Source: Novakomyces olei (taxonomy: Eukaryota). From it: a stretch of 64,000 nt of DNA. The notes below the pieces were generated by a model. The model saw only the letters and a list, made by a program, of their open reading frames with translations. It was not told the DNA's origin and did not search any database. The position numbers were made by a program, and so were the translations under genes. Positions 53,408 through 64,000 of this stretch are shown here, piece by piece; position 1 is the first letter of the stretch, and the number at the start of each line of letters is the position of its first letter. Location of the stretch: the NCBI GenBank assembly GCA_016906335.1, contig JADEYG010000015.1:496001-560000 (forward strand), written 5' to 3'.

Positions 53408-54626
53408 TCATTCAGTGCGAGCCTCTTTTCCCCTCGCTTCGTCTGTCCTTACGGGCGTCCAAGCAAAGTCCGTACCGATAACAACATGACCGTCGGTCTT
53501 GTGCCGCAATACTACTTCTGCAATTCCTTCACCATTAGTCTCAATCCACTTGAGAGCTGCAGGCGAAGTTGCTTCACGGATCAGCAAAGTTCCGTGTTCG
53601 CCATTGGGTTTTGCAAACTGGAAATCTGCAAAAGTAGAATTGGCGTCGCTCACTGCACGATGCCTCAAAATATGCGAGTAGAGCACACGGAACTTTAGCA
53701 CATTTCCTGGCTTTACAAGCAGCAATATGACGTCAATTCCAAGGCCTCGATTCTCTGGCCCAGTTGGTGGTACCTGAAGGAGTTAGACAGCTCGATAATG
53801 TACAATTGGATATCGAAATAAACAATCGATTTTGAAATAAGCAGTAAACAATCAGAACGACAACGAGTAACTAATAACTAATAACGAGCAATCAACGGAT
53901 ATGACAAGGGCAAAACGAGCCGTATAGAAAAAGCGAATAACACCAGGCGGTATAGTGGCAAGCAAAGCTCAGAAATAAATGTATAATGATTGATCAGCGT
54001 TTCAGTTAGCCACATTGTGTAGGTTTGGCGTTCCTGAATAAAATGACTCTAATTAATGCACAATGAGGGTCCAATAGAATGATTAATAGAATAAATAAAT
54101 AAATGAATAATCAAATGATAAATACGAAGCGTACGCGAAGCGCGCGAGGCGTAATGTCACGGCAATAAAAAGGAATACTTCCAGGCCCGGCGCCTTCAGC
54201 ATCGGCCCCGAAGACGGGCAGGCTCACTTCCCACCTGACTTGATCGCCGCTTGGTGTCACGCGGCCGCCAGGCAGAGGTTCCGTGTAGGAGAAAGTGCCG
54301 TTGTGGTTGAGAGGGTCAGCGCTTAAGGACTGCGCCGTTAATTCAGCAGTGCCTTCCAAGCAAAGATCGGTCCAGCCTTTCCCGTGCTCGAACCAGCGCT
54401 GAGCTTTGGCCTCTGGAATTTCGTCATGAAAAGAGATAAATTCGAGATAAACGCCATCATTGAGCACTCCGAGCACGTTCTCCGTAATATTGTTTGTATG
54501 CTTGCCGCCAACAATCAGATCCAGATGTTTGGCAAAAGGATTCACGCCAAGCGGCAACTCGGCCAACGGCAGCTTGAAGACTAAATGGTCCAGAACTGGC
54601 AGCTCTCTATTCGCGTCGTAGGCCAT
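53408..54626 (-). CDS. Glyoxalase-like (VOC / Glyoxalase_3) protein, 2 exons
   Basis: LDHLV, GGKH..ITEN, DGVYLEFISF, GGR..P.G..VRW, PFYCRDITPRALR|VP. Confidence 0.85.
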
Positions 54627-55249
54627 TGAGGTGTTAAATTGACGGTTTGGCTTACAGTCCAATCAGCAAACGGTTCTCGATACTCGTACACTACCGACTG
54701 ATTACTGCGCCAGTAGCGATAGCGAGTCGATCGATTCGTGATCGGCTTACCTGTGTCAATGGCGATTGAACACATCAAATAAGAATCACAAATGATTTAT
54801 TACTAAATATTTATTACTGGATAAGGCAATACTGCTTAACGTTACGAGTAAATTACAGGTCTAAGCGTAATTAAATTAGTAATGAGCAAATTGTAGCGAG
54901 CAGGTAATTATTAGTGTTGATAATACACGAGTACTGTGCCTTTTTAATAACGTCAATCGCGGCGTCGTAATATTGCATAAAAAATTAGACGTTATTTACC
55001 AAAGGCAGCCAAGATTGTAGAATTGGAATTTTATGCTTGTATGAGCTTTTGTTAGATATAAAGTCAGCATGATATATATACACGGGCACCCGTGAAGATA
55101 ATAGGGGATTCATTGAACACGTAAAGTTTATAAATATGGTCCTTTGAGGAAACCAAACATAGACAAGACGCAAAGAATATTACAAAAAGACGCGCGAGTT
55201 TTCGCAGCCAGGGCCACTGTACATTAATCTCTACATTGTATATATCGTC

Positions 55250-57221
55250 TCAAGACTTGTACTCCCAGAATCCTTGACGGATGTTGGAGTTATGCGATTT
55301 TAATTTCTCCATCTAAACATGTCAGCAATGACGTTTCGACGGGCCTTACCAATGAAGTGAAAAGAGTATCTTCTTCATGCCACTGGAAATGTCGTTGCTT
55401 CCAGGCTTCGTTGGAGCTCTGCTCTTGCTATATCATGTGTAAGTAAAAATCTTGTTTACAATAAAATACACAAACATGGCATAGAAATACTGAAATTGAA
55501 AACATAGAAAATTTTTTAAAAAAAGCAAACATATGTTCACAGCAAAAGAAATAGTATATGCATCAAAGTTGAGATATGGATTATTGAATTACATTAATTC
55601 CAACTGCACCGATGAAAGATTAAACAAAAAAAAATTAGACCAATGCGATTATTTACCTTTCGTTTTTCACGCTCATATTTCTCAATCTCCGCTTTTTCTC
55701 GGCCTGCAATCTCATAATCATGAGAACGTAAAGCACTTTGAACCGTTTCCCACAGCCTACGAGACTCGTAAGGGGCCTGCTCATTGATTGGAGCCACTTG
55801 CGGTTCTACGCCTTCTTGTGTCGCGTCCCAAAAAGGCTCAACTACACCAGTCGAGTGATTCTTTATCCGACACTGTCGGTCCCACTGACCATCGATGGTG
55901 TAAAGTACAGTATCCGGCCGGTCAACATGGCCGATTGTCGCCTTGAACTTATGCTTTGTACCCATGAAATAGCCCTTCCCGGAATAATCAAACGAAGCAT
56001 AGTATCCGCTAGTTGAAACAATTTTGGAATGCTTGGAGAGTTCAATATAAGGAGCTATTATAGTTAGAACCAATGAAAGAATTTGGTTTAGACAGGACTG
56101 CAATAAGCTGAAGTAAGTAACATCGCATGCTGCAAGCAGAATCGATAAGGACAGAAAAATTTGGCATTACTCAACTTACATCCGTACCAAAGCCCCTCCA
56201 GCACGATAGTAGGCTGAGTCACAATATACTTTTCGTCTATTTTGTTGAGCGAGAGTTCCGCGTGCCCATTTTGCTTTACTAACCGTCTCATCAGTAACGT
56301 ATTTCACACACAAAAAGAAACAAATAAAATAAAAACTTTCCAATACTCACCTGTAATATGAGCACCAGTGAACCCACTGCTTTGCCCGTTGTATCCGGTG
56401 TACGTCACGTTATGCTTTTCGTTGCTTATATGATAAGCTGCAATAATTAGCCAAACGTTCATTCTCTAAAACAAACCTGTAATTGGAGGATGATGAGACA
56501 CCTGCTCGCTGATAAGGGCAATGCCACCAGTATCCTCAGAAATGGCACTAGCCGTCTCGGGCCATAATGCATAAAAGCATTCACCCAGTACCGGATTTAA
56601 CGGCTTCTTTTCAGATCCAAAAGATTCCGTGCGAGAGCAAAATTGGGGTCGCAATGTCGAAATGAACCATCGGACGACGCTTATCATACGCTCTTCCGCA
56701 CTGTCTTGAATGAGTGCCGGAGCGACAAACGCGTTGGGATGGTAAGCCTTGGGTATCAGCAAGGCCTGGGGCATAATCAACAAAAACCAAAAACCAAATA
56801 TAACAAACTTATGGATAATTAACTAATACTGAAATTAATCTCAAAAGAGCCGGCCAACACGGAACAAATGGCCAAATGAAAAGACAGTTACTGATATTCC
56901 TTACCCAATATGCCGCGTATTCCACTAACGAAACGGGCGAAAGAATAAAACTTGGGGCAGTTAAAACGGAGAGATCCTGCGCAATTAGCCGCAATTATTG
57001 ATTTCAGCAAGAATCATTGCCATTAAAATTCACCCTACCCCACGAAAAGACGCTATGCTTTTAAGGAAAGAAGTCCAGTGCGCCAGAGCGCCTTTAGACG
57101 AGCGTGGATTAGTAGCATTACTTGCGGCAGAAGAAGATCGTGGCCGTCCGCTTTCTGGAGGAGAAGCGGTGGCAGGAGTAGTACTATCGTCTCCCTCAGC
57201 ACCGGGCTCTGTGAGCGACAT
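55250..57221 (-). CDS. Oxysterol-binding protein, short Osh4/Kes1-like type, many exons
   Basis: WTSFLKSIASF, DLSVLTAPSFILS, KKPLNPVLGE, EQVSHHPP, ESRRLW. Confidence 0.92.
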
Positions 57222-58195
57222 GATACATATAACAGTAAGAGAAAAGAAGAGGCTAGAGAGACCAGCGGATTCTCGTCAGAATTAAGAGTAACTTTGACCT
57301 CACAAAACCACGAAATGGACGAGAACAAGTCGGGGTTTGTAGGCTAAAAAAACCGATTTCGTTCCGTAAGTGACACGAAAGCAAGCTAGTAACAAAACGC
57401 GCGTCACAAAAGTACTTTAGATCTTGACAAAGAGGCCGTAACCGAATCAATCGCGAATAAAGCGAGTACCAAACAAAACAATACCGTCCAACGATTAAAG
57501 AGATAAAGCAGACAGCTCAATAAAAACCGCAATCAAAAGAACGTTGCAGTGCGTCCAAGAAGATTCCTTAAAACTGACAAACCTGGAGCGGCGAGCTCAG
57601 AGCTTTCGTACTTGCCACTATAGATTTTTCTTGCTCACAGTTTAGCAATTAACGCGTCCGTCCACCTCTGTCGGACGACGACGGACCATATTAGAGGAAT
57701 AAATATAAATTTATTATGTAATCCAATCCACAGACAAGGTTTAAAACTGTGCAATTCGAGACATACATTTTAGTCGAACCCAAACATAATTATAATTAGG
57801 TTTAGGGTTAATTTAGGACTCATTAAATGGAGCAAAGAATACAATGTGTATATACAGCCGACATACAGCCGACAAGGTACGGTCGTAAATCAAGTAAAAT
57901 CCTCGGATTCGAACCCACGCTGTTTCCGGTGATGTCATTCACGGTTCTGGCTGCGTTGCCAGTGTTTGGCGAGGGAAGGAGAAAAGACACATCATACCTT
58001 TAACTGCAACAAAGGGTTTGTGCTGCTGAGGCAAATAGACTTGCGTCCTCTCATTGTCTGTCTGACGGCAGAGTGCGATTGCGTAATCGCCAAAGAATAT
58101 ATCTCTCAAAGAGACTCTTCGTCTCAAACCTAAAGGCACAACAAAAAGACTGTGTCTGTGACTCGTGTTTCCCACATTATATTGCCCTGCTCGAC

Positions 58196-58777
58196 ATGAC
58201 TCTTTACTATTCTCTCGTGTTTGGTCTGCTGGTAGCGGAGATGGCAGTATTCTGCCTGCTTATTCTCCCACTCCCATTTACGTGGCGCCGTCAGCTGTTC
58301 CATTTTATTTCAGACAGTCCGCTCATCGCCAAACTGCAATACGGATTGAAGATTACTTTTATATTTATCCTCGTCCTGTTTGTCGACAGCGTAAACCGGG
58401 TTTTCCGAGCAGAGGCCGATTACTCGGCATCTCACGATGGATCCACAATGCGTGAATCTTACCGCTCTGACTTGCAGGCACGAAAATTCTACGCTCAACG
58501 CAATCTTTACCTGTGCGGATTCACTCTTTTCCTCTCGCTCATTCTGAACCGAACTCACTCCTTGATCCATGAGCTCTTGGCCTCAGAGGAACAGTTGTCT
58601 GCTCTAAAGGCACAATCCAATCAGTCTGTGAAGGAGAAGGCAGTCGGATCGGAAAGCGATTCCGCCAGTCTAAAGGATCTGCAAGAGAAATTGGATGCAC
58701 GTGACCGTGAATTCAATGATCTCGCAGAAAAGTACCAGAAGCTGGCGAAGCCGTCGGAAAAGAAGAAGGAAATATAG
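58196..58777 (+). CDS. YET3: BAP29/BAP31 family ER protein
   Basis: MTLYYSLVF, LFVDSVNRV, RKFYAQRNLYLCGF, coiled coil, C-terminal KKxx. Confidence 0.92.
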   Translation: MTLYYSLVFGLLVAEMAVFCLLILPLPFTWRRQLFHFISDSPLIAKLQYGLKITFIFILVLFVDSVNRVFRAEADYSASHDGSTMRESYRSDLQARKFYAQRNLYLCGFTLFLSLILNRTHSLIHELLASEEQLSALKAQSNQSVKEKAVGSESDSASLKDLQEKLDARDREFNDLAEKYQKLAKPSEKKKEI

Positions 58778-59112
58778 GCCTGAATATTGGTCACCCAAGG
58801 TGAATACATACAGTTGCGAGACTAGCATCGTGGACAATTCGGTTCTGCTCTGTGCTTTGAATCGTACACCGAGCTCTACTGGGAGTAGCTTAAGTTTGTA
58901 TTGTACTATTAAAGCACTTCTGATTTATTCAATAGTATTTTTAACGGCAACTTATCTAGTAAATCAATTTTTAAATTTTAATCTCCTGTTCATGAGCCTA
59001 GTCGTAAAAAAATATGATCTATTCTACGGGCATAGCAGATTATTTTGTAACCTTATAAATGCAAACCCATAAATAGATAATTAGTTAGTTAATTATTTAT
59101 TTATTTTCCCCC

Positions 59113-61710
59113 TTATCCTTCGGCATCAATAGCATTGGACTTATGCTTTGGCACAAAGCTAAAAGAGTCACTGCACTTGCCCAGGAACAATTCACTAATC
59201 TTCACCCAATCTGCCGCACTTTCACTGGCAAGAAGTGTCTCCATTTCGTCTCGGCCGCGGAACCTCGGGGCCATGTCTGTGAGCGTGGCCCTATGTGCCT
59301 TGTCCTCAAACAGTCCAGACGGAATGTATCGATGAAAAAAAGAAAGAAATTCCAATAAAAACCGCCGAGTAGTGTTAATGCCCTGCTCATCCGTTCCCCA
59401 GTAATCCAGCCCGTAATCTGAAAACTGCTTCAGCATTTCCAGCCTTTGTGTGGATGATTTATCTATAGTTTGCCTTTGCTGAATTTCTTCAAAAATCCAA
59501 GGTTTATATAGAGCGCCTCTCGCTACCATACATGTACTCACACGTGTTTCCTGCACATGGTCGTGCCAGTCCTGCCACGTGTATACGTCACCATTGCCTA
59601 TCAATTGAAGAGGAAAGGCTCTATCCTCGTTTTCCTGTTGTTCAAGCATCTCTGAGCAATTACGAATGTACTGCCAATCAGCACTTCGCGCGTAACGTTG
59701 CTGACGAGAACGACCATGCAACGCTACTGCCGACACATTTGTTTCTTTTGCAATTCTCTGCAGCAATTTAATTGCCGTCGGCTTATTGTCTTTAACACCC
59801 ATACGAATCTTGCAAGTCACGGGAACGCTTCCGGTAACAGCCTCCATGCCCTTAAGTCCGGCCAGGAGGCGGCCGGGAGCGTCTAGCAGTGCTGAGCCTG
59901 CTCCTGTATTATAAACAAGATCAATAGGGCAGCCACAGTTCAAGTCAATAAAATCCATATTGCTACAGGCTCGATGAAGGATGGAAGCTGCTTTGATCGT
60001 CTGCCAGGGTCGAGCTCCCGTTATCTGAACGCCGTAAATGTTGTTGGCGTTATCGTAAACAATATTTGGATTAACGCTGCTTCTAGTTTCGGTTGCATGA
60101 GCTCGTGGCAGAGCCCATTCTCCCTTGCTACCCTGAATCAAAGGCACGCTCAAGGCCATTTCCGAGTACGTGGTATCACAGCCAAAGGACCGGCAAAGCC
60201 TTCTGAAGGGGATGTTTCCCACTGTTGTTAGGGGCGAGAGTATTAGGCGCCTCGACCAGTCAATCTAGTGGTTAGGAAAAATAAGATAAAATTAGGATCA
60301 GGATTAAAATCTAATAATAATTTATAAATTATCTTACCCTTTTCTTTTCACACGGACGCAGGTTGCCCTGGTAAAATGAAGCTGCTGCTTCTTGCTTAGA
60401 GTGCAGCTGTTCTTTTGCTGCCCTCGTTTCTTTTTGATCAGCGTTTTGCTTGTCAGTCTCTGATTCTGTTACCGTTGAATTAGACTGGAGCTCTGTACCA
60501 TTTCCCTTTACTTGTCCGTTGCTGTCTGTTCCATGTGGTGTACTTTCGTTTTCTTGCCCGTTCTCTAATACGTCCTTCCTTTCACCATCCTTCCTTTCAC
60601 CATCCTTCCTTTCACCATCTCTCTCCTGTGCACCCTTTCCATGCATCATTTCACCATTCGTCTCAGCTTTACTATTCGCACTGTTGCTTTTCGTATTGGC
60701 CTCCTTCACTTGCAAAGGCTCAGCGCCCTCGAGTATCCTCCTCAGCCTCGGCAATGCATCAACCGGGTTCCTTTGATTGAGCAATTCAAGCTGCGCTGTA
60801 ACGAGTTCAGCGTCAGAGAAATCTACCCTGTGCTTTTGCAAGGCAAACAGCAATTCACGATCAATGCAGTCCACATACTCTCCCGAGTCTAGCGTGGAAG
60901 ACTTGGGCTCAAAGGCGTTGCCTCCTGAAGGATGACCAGAGAGAAAACGGCACTTCAAGCCGGCAGAGCACCATCCACGCTTTTCGTAGCTCGGGCAGTT
61001 TGATCCCAAGTCATCAGGCTTTTGAGCAAGGTACGCTTCCTTATCGTGACTAAGCCGGCAATTCTCCCCGCGAGAGCACTCTTGTCCTTGAGCAATTTGA
61101 GGGCAAAGAGCGTTCTCCTCTCGCAGCAGAAACTTTCTTGCTTTATTCTGACCCCGTTTTCTTTTTCTGTCGGCCTTTTGTGTCTTTTTCCCACCAGACT
61201 CGGTTTCAATATTTGCCTGGTTCGTATCGGCTACGTCAGAGGGTAAAGAGCGTTCCACTGTTTGCTCGCTCGCGGCATTGCCGCCGATCGGCAGCACATA
61301 TTCACTACAAAGAGTCACATGAGGCATGGCAAATTTTTGGGTTCGCGTGGGCTCGAGTATAAAATTTAATATACGATAATAGCGATAACACTAGAATATG
61401 GAATAGTATAATATGGTAATATATGATAACAATAATACACGTACACTATGTACCGACCCTCTCGGGCACTATACCGCGAGTGCCAATTTGCAGGGCTCAT
61501 ATTGTACTCTGGATGGCTCCGGCCGCCTCGGCCTTGCGGAGCTGGTCTCCCTCCAGGCGCGCCTCTCCAGTGGCCTCCGCCTCCACCAAAAGATCCTCGT
61601 TGTGTATAGCTAAAACTCGCATTGTACGCAGCTCCTCCTCGACTATTCGTTCCGTCGTAGCGCTCGCGCCTCGGGCCGAGTGTGGAAGACCGATCGTTTC
61701 TTCCACTCAT
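59113..61710 (-). CDS. DUS3: tRNA-dihydrouridine(47) synthase Dus3, with a probable RGG-rich first exon
   Basis: Two CCCH fingers, PLTTVGNIPFRR, DLNCGCP, HGRSRQQRY, PKHKSN; exon 61454-61710 splices in frame to 61304. Confidence 0.92.
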
Positions 61711-61973
61711 GAATGCCGCTGCTACATATACACCATTGCCCGCCTATCTTTCACACGCAAAAGTAAAATCGTGCTTGTTGCTAGTCTGTTAATGCGAGCG
61801 CCATGTTTAATGTGCAGCTGCGCTTTACTTGACATATAAGATTAACGCTATTTTAATTGTCCTGTCGTGTAATATAGTGCTAATTTAATCGCTGCATTAT
61901 ACCTGCCCTAAAGCCCATACTATCTTTTCATTTACTATATTATTTAACTTGTATTTGAAATAAATTTGGGGCT

Positions 61974-62016
61974 GGGTTAGGGTTAGGGTTAGTGAATTAG
62001 TTAGGGTTAGTCAGGG
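61974..62016 (+). repeat. Interstitial telomere-like (TTAGGG)n cluster
   Basis: GGGTTAGGGTTAGGGTTAG...TTAGGGTTAGTCAGGG. Confidence 0.8.
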
Positions 62017-62319
62017 CCAGTTTCTGGTTTGATAAAAGACCATATTTGGGCTTTTTGATTAATACATTCAGCAAACATAATTGCCAAGAGTTCGCTCGCA
62101 CTTTAATAGTCGGCACCAGGTATACAAGCTAACACTTGTCAACTCATCATACGCTTGTGGTCATCATTGTAAGCAATGCCGAATGACACGTCACTAGCGT
62201 CCATGTGACTATGAATATGATAAATGAGTCCTACCCCACCAGAATCTCTCCATACCCGCGCAAAAGATAAGGTAATACAAAACATCAATGCATTACTATT
62301 CTCCAATCGTCTAATGCGA

Positions 62320-63930
62320 CTAGAAATCGCCCTCATCAGTTTGCGAGCTACCAACAAATTGCAAAGACCAGACACCAATAATTCCCCATAGTCCGACTTT
62401 CCAGCCGCGATATAAGCTTTCGCAACCCCAGTTTTCGTTTTGCTCCTGCGTCAATGAAGCCCACACTGTGCCCGCTACACCAGCGTACTTCCGTGTGGGT
62501 ACTATCATTGTGTCATTAGGGCAAACACTGAGCTGAGCAGTTCTCAACACTGTTTCCAAGGGCAATTTCACAGTTAATTGAAACACAGCGGATGCAAAGG
62601 AGACGGCATTATAAGCAAAAGGCTGCGAAAATGGATCAATAGCGAATCCGAAAATATTTCTCAGGGTAAGCGGCAGAGAAAATGATGCCAGTGGAGGCAG
62701 GGCTGAATGTAAAATTGTAGGAATAATGAGTTGTGAGGGGCACAGGTAAGAAGGAAGAGTTGTAATTGCACTAAAAATTGAGTAAGGAGCACGATCAAGC
62801 GGAGTCATTATCGTACGGATCCGCGCAACATCGAGCGGAGTAAGTAACAGTGAGGAAAGGCAGCTCGCTGTTACCGAAGTAAACAGGGAAGCAAATGGCT
62901 GAGGCGAATCCAATACGTCAAACATCGCCGGATCTGGAAGGGAAAAAATAGCTGATAAAAATGATAAAAACCATGCTTCAACAGCAGACGACGTAACCGA
63001 GTAAAGAAATGTACCAATTTGGCCTCAAAGTTAGAATTGAATTTGATAATATAATAGACTAAAAAAATAGATAAATAGATAAAAATAGATAAATAAATAA
63101 ATAATACGAAAATAATATAAATAATAACAAGATTGTTATACTGCTTTACCTTTCCATAACGCACGAGTGCCCTCGCGCACATAAATATCAGAGATTGTCT
63201 TTTTAATGCCATAGTCTGAAGTATTCGACGCAGTAGTGCGAACGTATCCGCTTCGATCTGTCGGTCGCCGAGGCTCTTCAGCTCTCGTTTTATTCTCCTC
63301 TGCAGCAAAGTATTCAGGATCAGATTCGTAATCGTCATCAAGCTCAGACGAGTTGTGGGTATCCTTGTATTAGTAAAGCTGACCAGGATATTTTAAGAAT
63401 ACACAAGGCTGAATCAACAAGAGAGATGAATCAACAAGAGATGAATCAACAAAATTATCATTATAATTTGACCGTCTTTTCGACTAAAATAACCAAATAA
63501 TACAGAATCGAGAAGATCAAAGTCCAAAGAAAGACAAAGCATCGATATCATAAACACACCAGCATCCAGCGTAGTCGATTATTAAACGATATAAATGTTT
63601 AAATACCTTTTCATCATCCAATGTTTGCTTCGCTGTTCGCTGCGGTATAAACTGGCATTGAAGCACAGTTTTTGCGACTTCAAACGGCTGTGCGACAAAA
63701 ACGCTCAAGTATTGAACAACTGCATTGCTGAAAAGGCCGCTGATATATTCGCGAGTGTTCTCAAAAGTCGTATAGTCGCCAATATCGTTTATGATATCAC
63801 CCGCGGCTGAAGTGCCACGAAGACCTGTATGCACTCCTACACCGCCATGAAACTGGCCGGTTTGTGAGTCGTCAGCTCCGAGCCAATGTGGGTCATAATA
63901 CGGCCGAAACTCGTTCGGCTTCCCCGACAT
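62320..63930 (-). CDS. UGO1: Mitochondrial outer-membrane fusion protein Ugo1 (carrier-like), multi-exon
   Basis: FRPYYDP, QPFEVAKTVLQ, PLDVARIR, KLPLETVLR, LYRGWKVG. Confidence 0.88.
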
Positions 63931-64000
63931 GATGTATTGACTTTAGCTGGCTCGTTATTAATTTACTGCCTTCTCATTATGTACAGGCAATACTGTTTAT

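Noticed and set aside
57800..57812. Telomerase RNA template (TAACCCTAA on the minus strand)
   Set aside because: Single short match in a promoter, with no supporting pseudoknot or CR4/5 features visible
58073..58195. N-terminal extension of YET3 shown in the ORF track
   Set aside because: Begins at a non-ATG codon; the family-typical start MTLYY is at ATG 58196 and the extension has no targeting-like character
58500..58520. Alternative yeast genetic code (CUG reassignment)
   Set aside because: CTG encodes the conserved Leu in NLYLCGF of BAP31, consistent with the standard code (single-site check only)
62068..62152. C/D box snoRNA candidate on the minus strand (ATGATGA...CTGA)
   Set aside because: No terminal stem or recognisable rRNA-complementary guide; lies in the likely UGO1 3'UTR

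Overview
Gene-dense, intron-rich eukaryotic DNA from an ascomycete fungus. The many 35-55 nt introns and gene similarities suggest an early-diverging, Taphrinomycotina-like lineage (inference only). About 30 protein-coding genes are present, mostly recognisable housekeeping genes: PNK1, RRP41, PTC5-like, IGO1, small SPT subunit, MTC1, SIW14-like, MES1, LTO1-like, ICE2, MYG1, IMA1, RIM20/PalA, ANP1-family, SYN8-like, ATG10, RRP15, VPS45, SOK1-like, MAK31, a Dal5-family MFS transporter, an old yellow enzyme, a glyoxalase-like gene, an OSH-family gene, YET3/BAP31, DUS3 and UGO1. There is also one tRNA-Ser(GCT) and several microsatellites. The main second-look items are: a decayed Ndc10/GCR1_C (Crypton-like) relic at about 21.7-23.3 kb; a probable non-AUG (CUG/AUU) N-terminal extension of MYG1; 5-nt and 6-nt microexons; recurrent AAG 3' splice sites; an RGG-rich upstream exon on DUS3; a GATAA-packed promoter; and an OYE/glyoxalase pair with Yap1-type elements. 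No new multi-gene system can be established from the sequence alone. Gene models and family calls were made by eye, without database searches.
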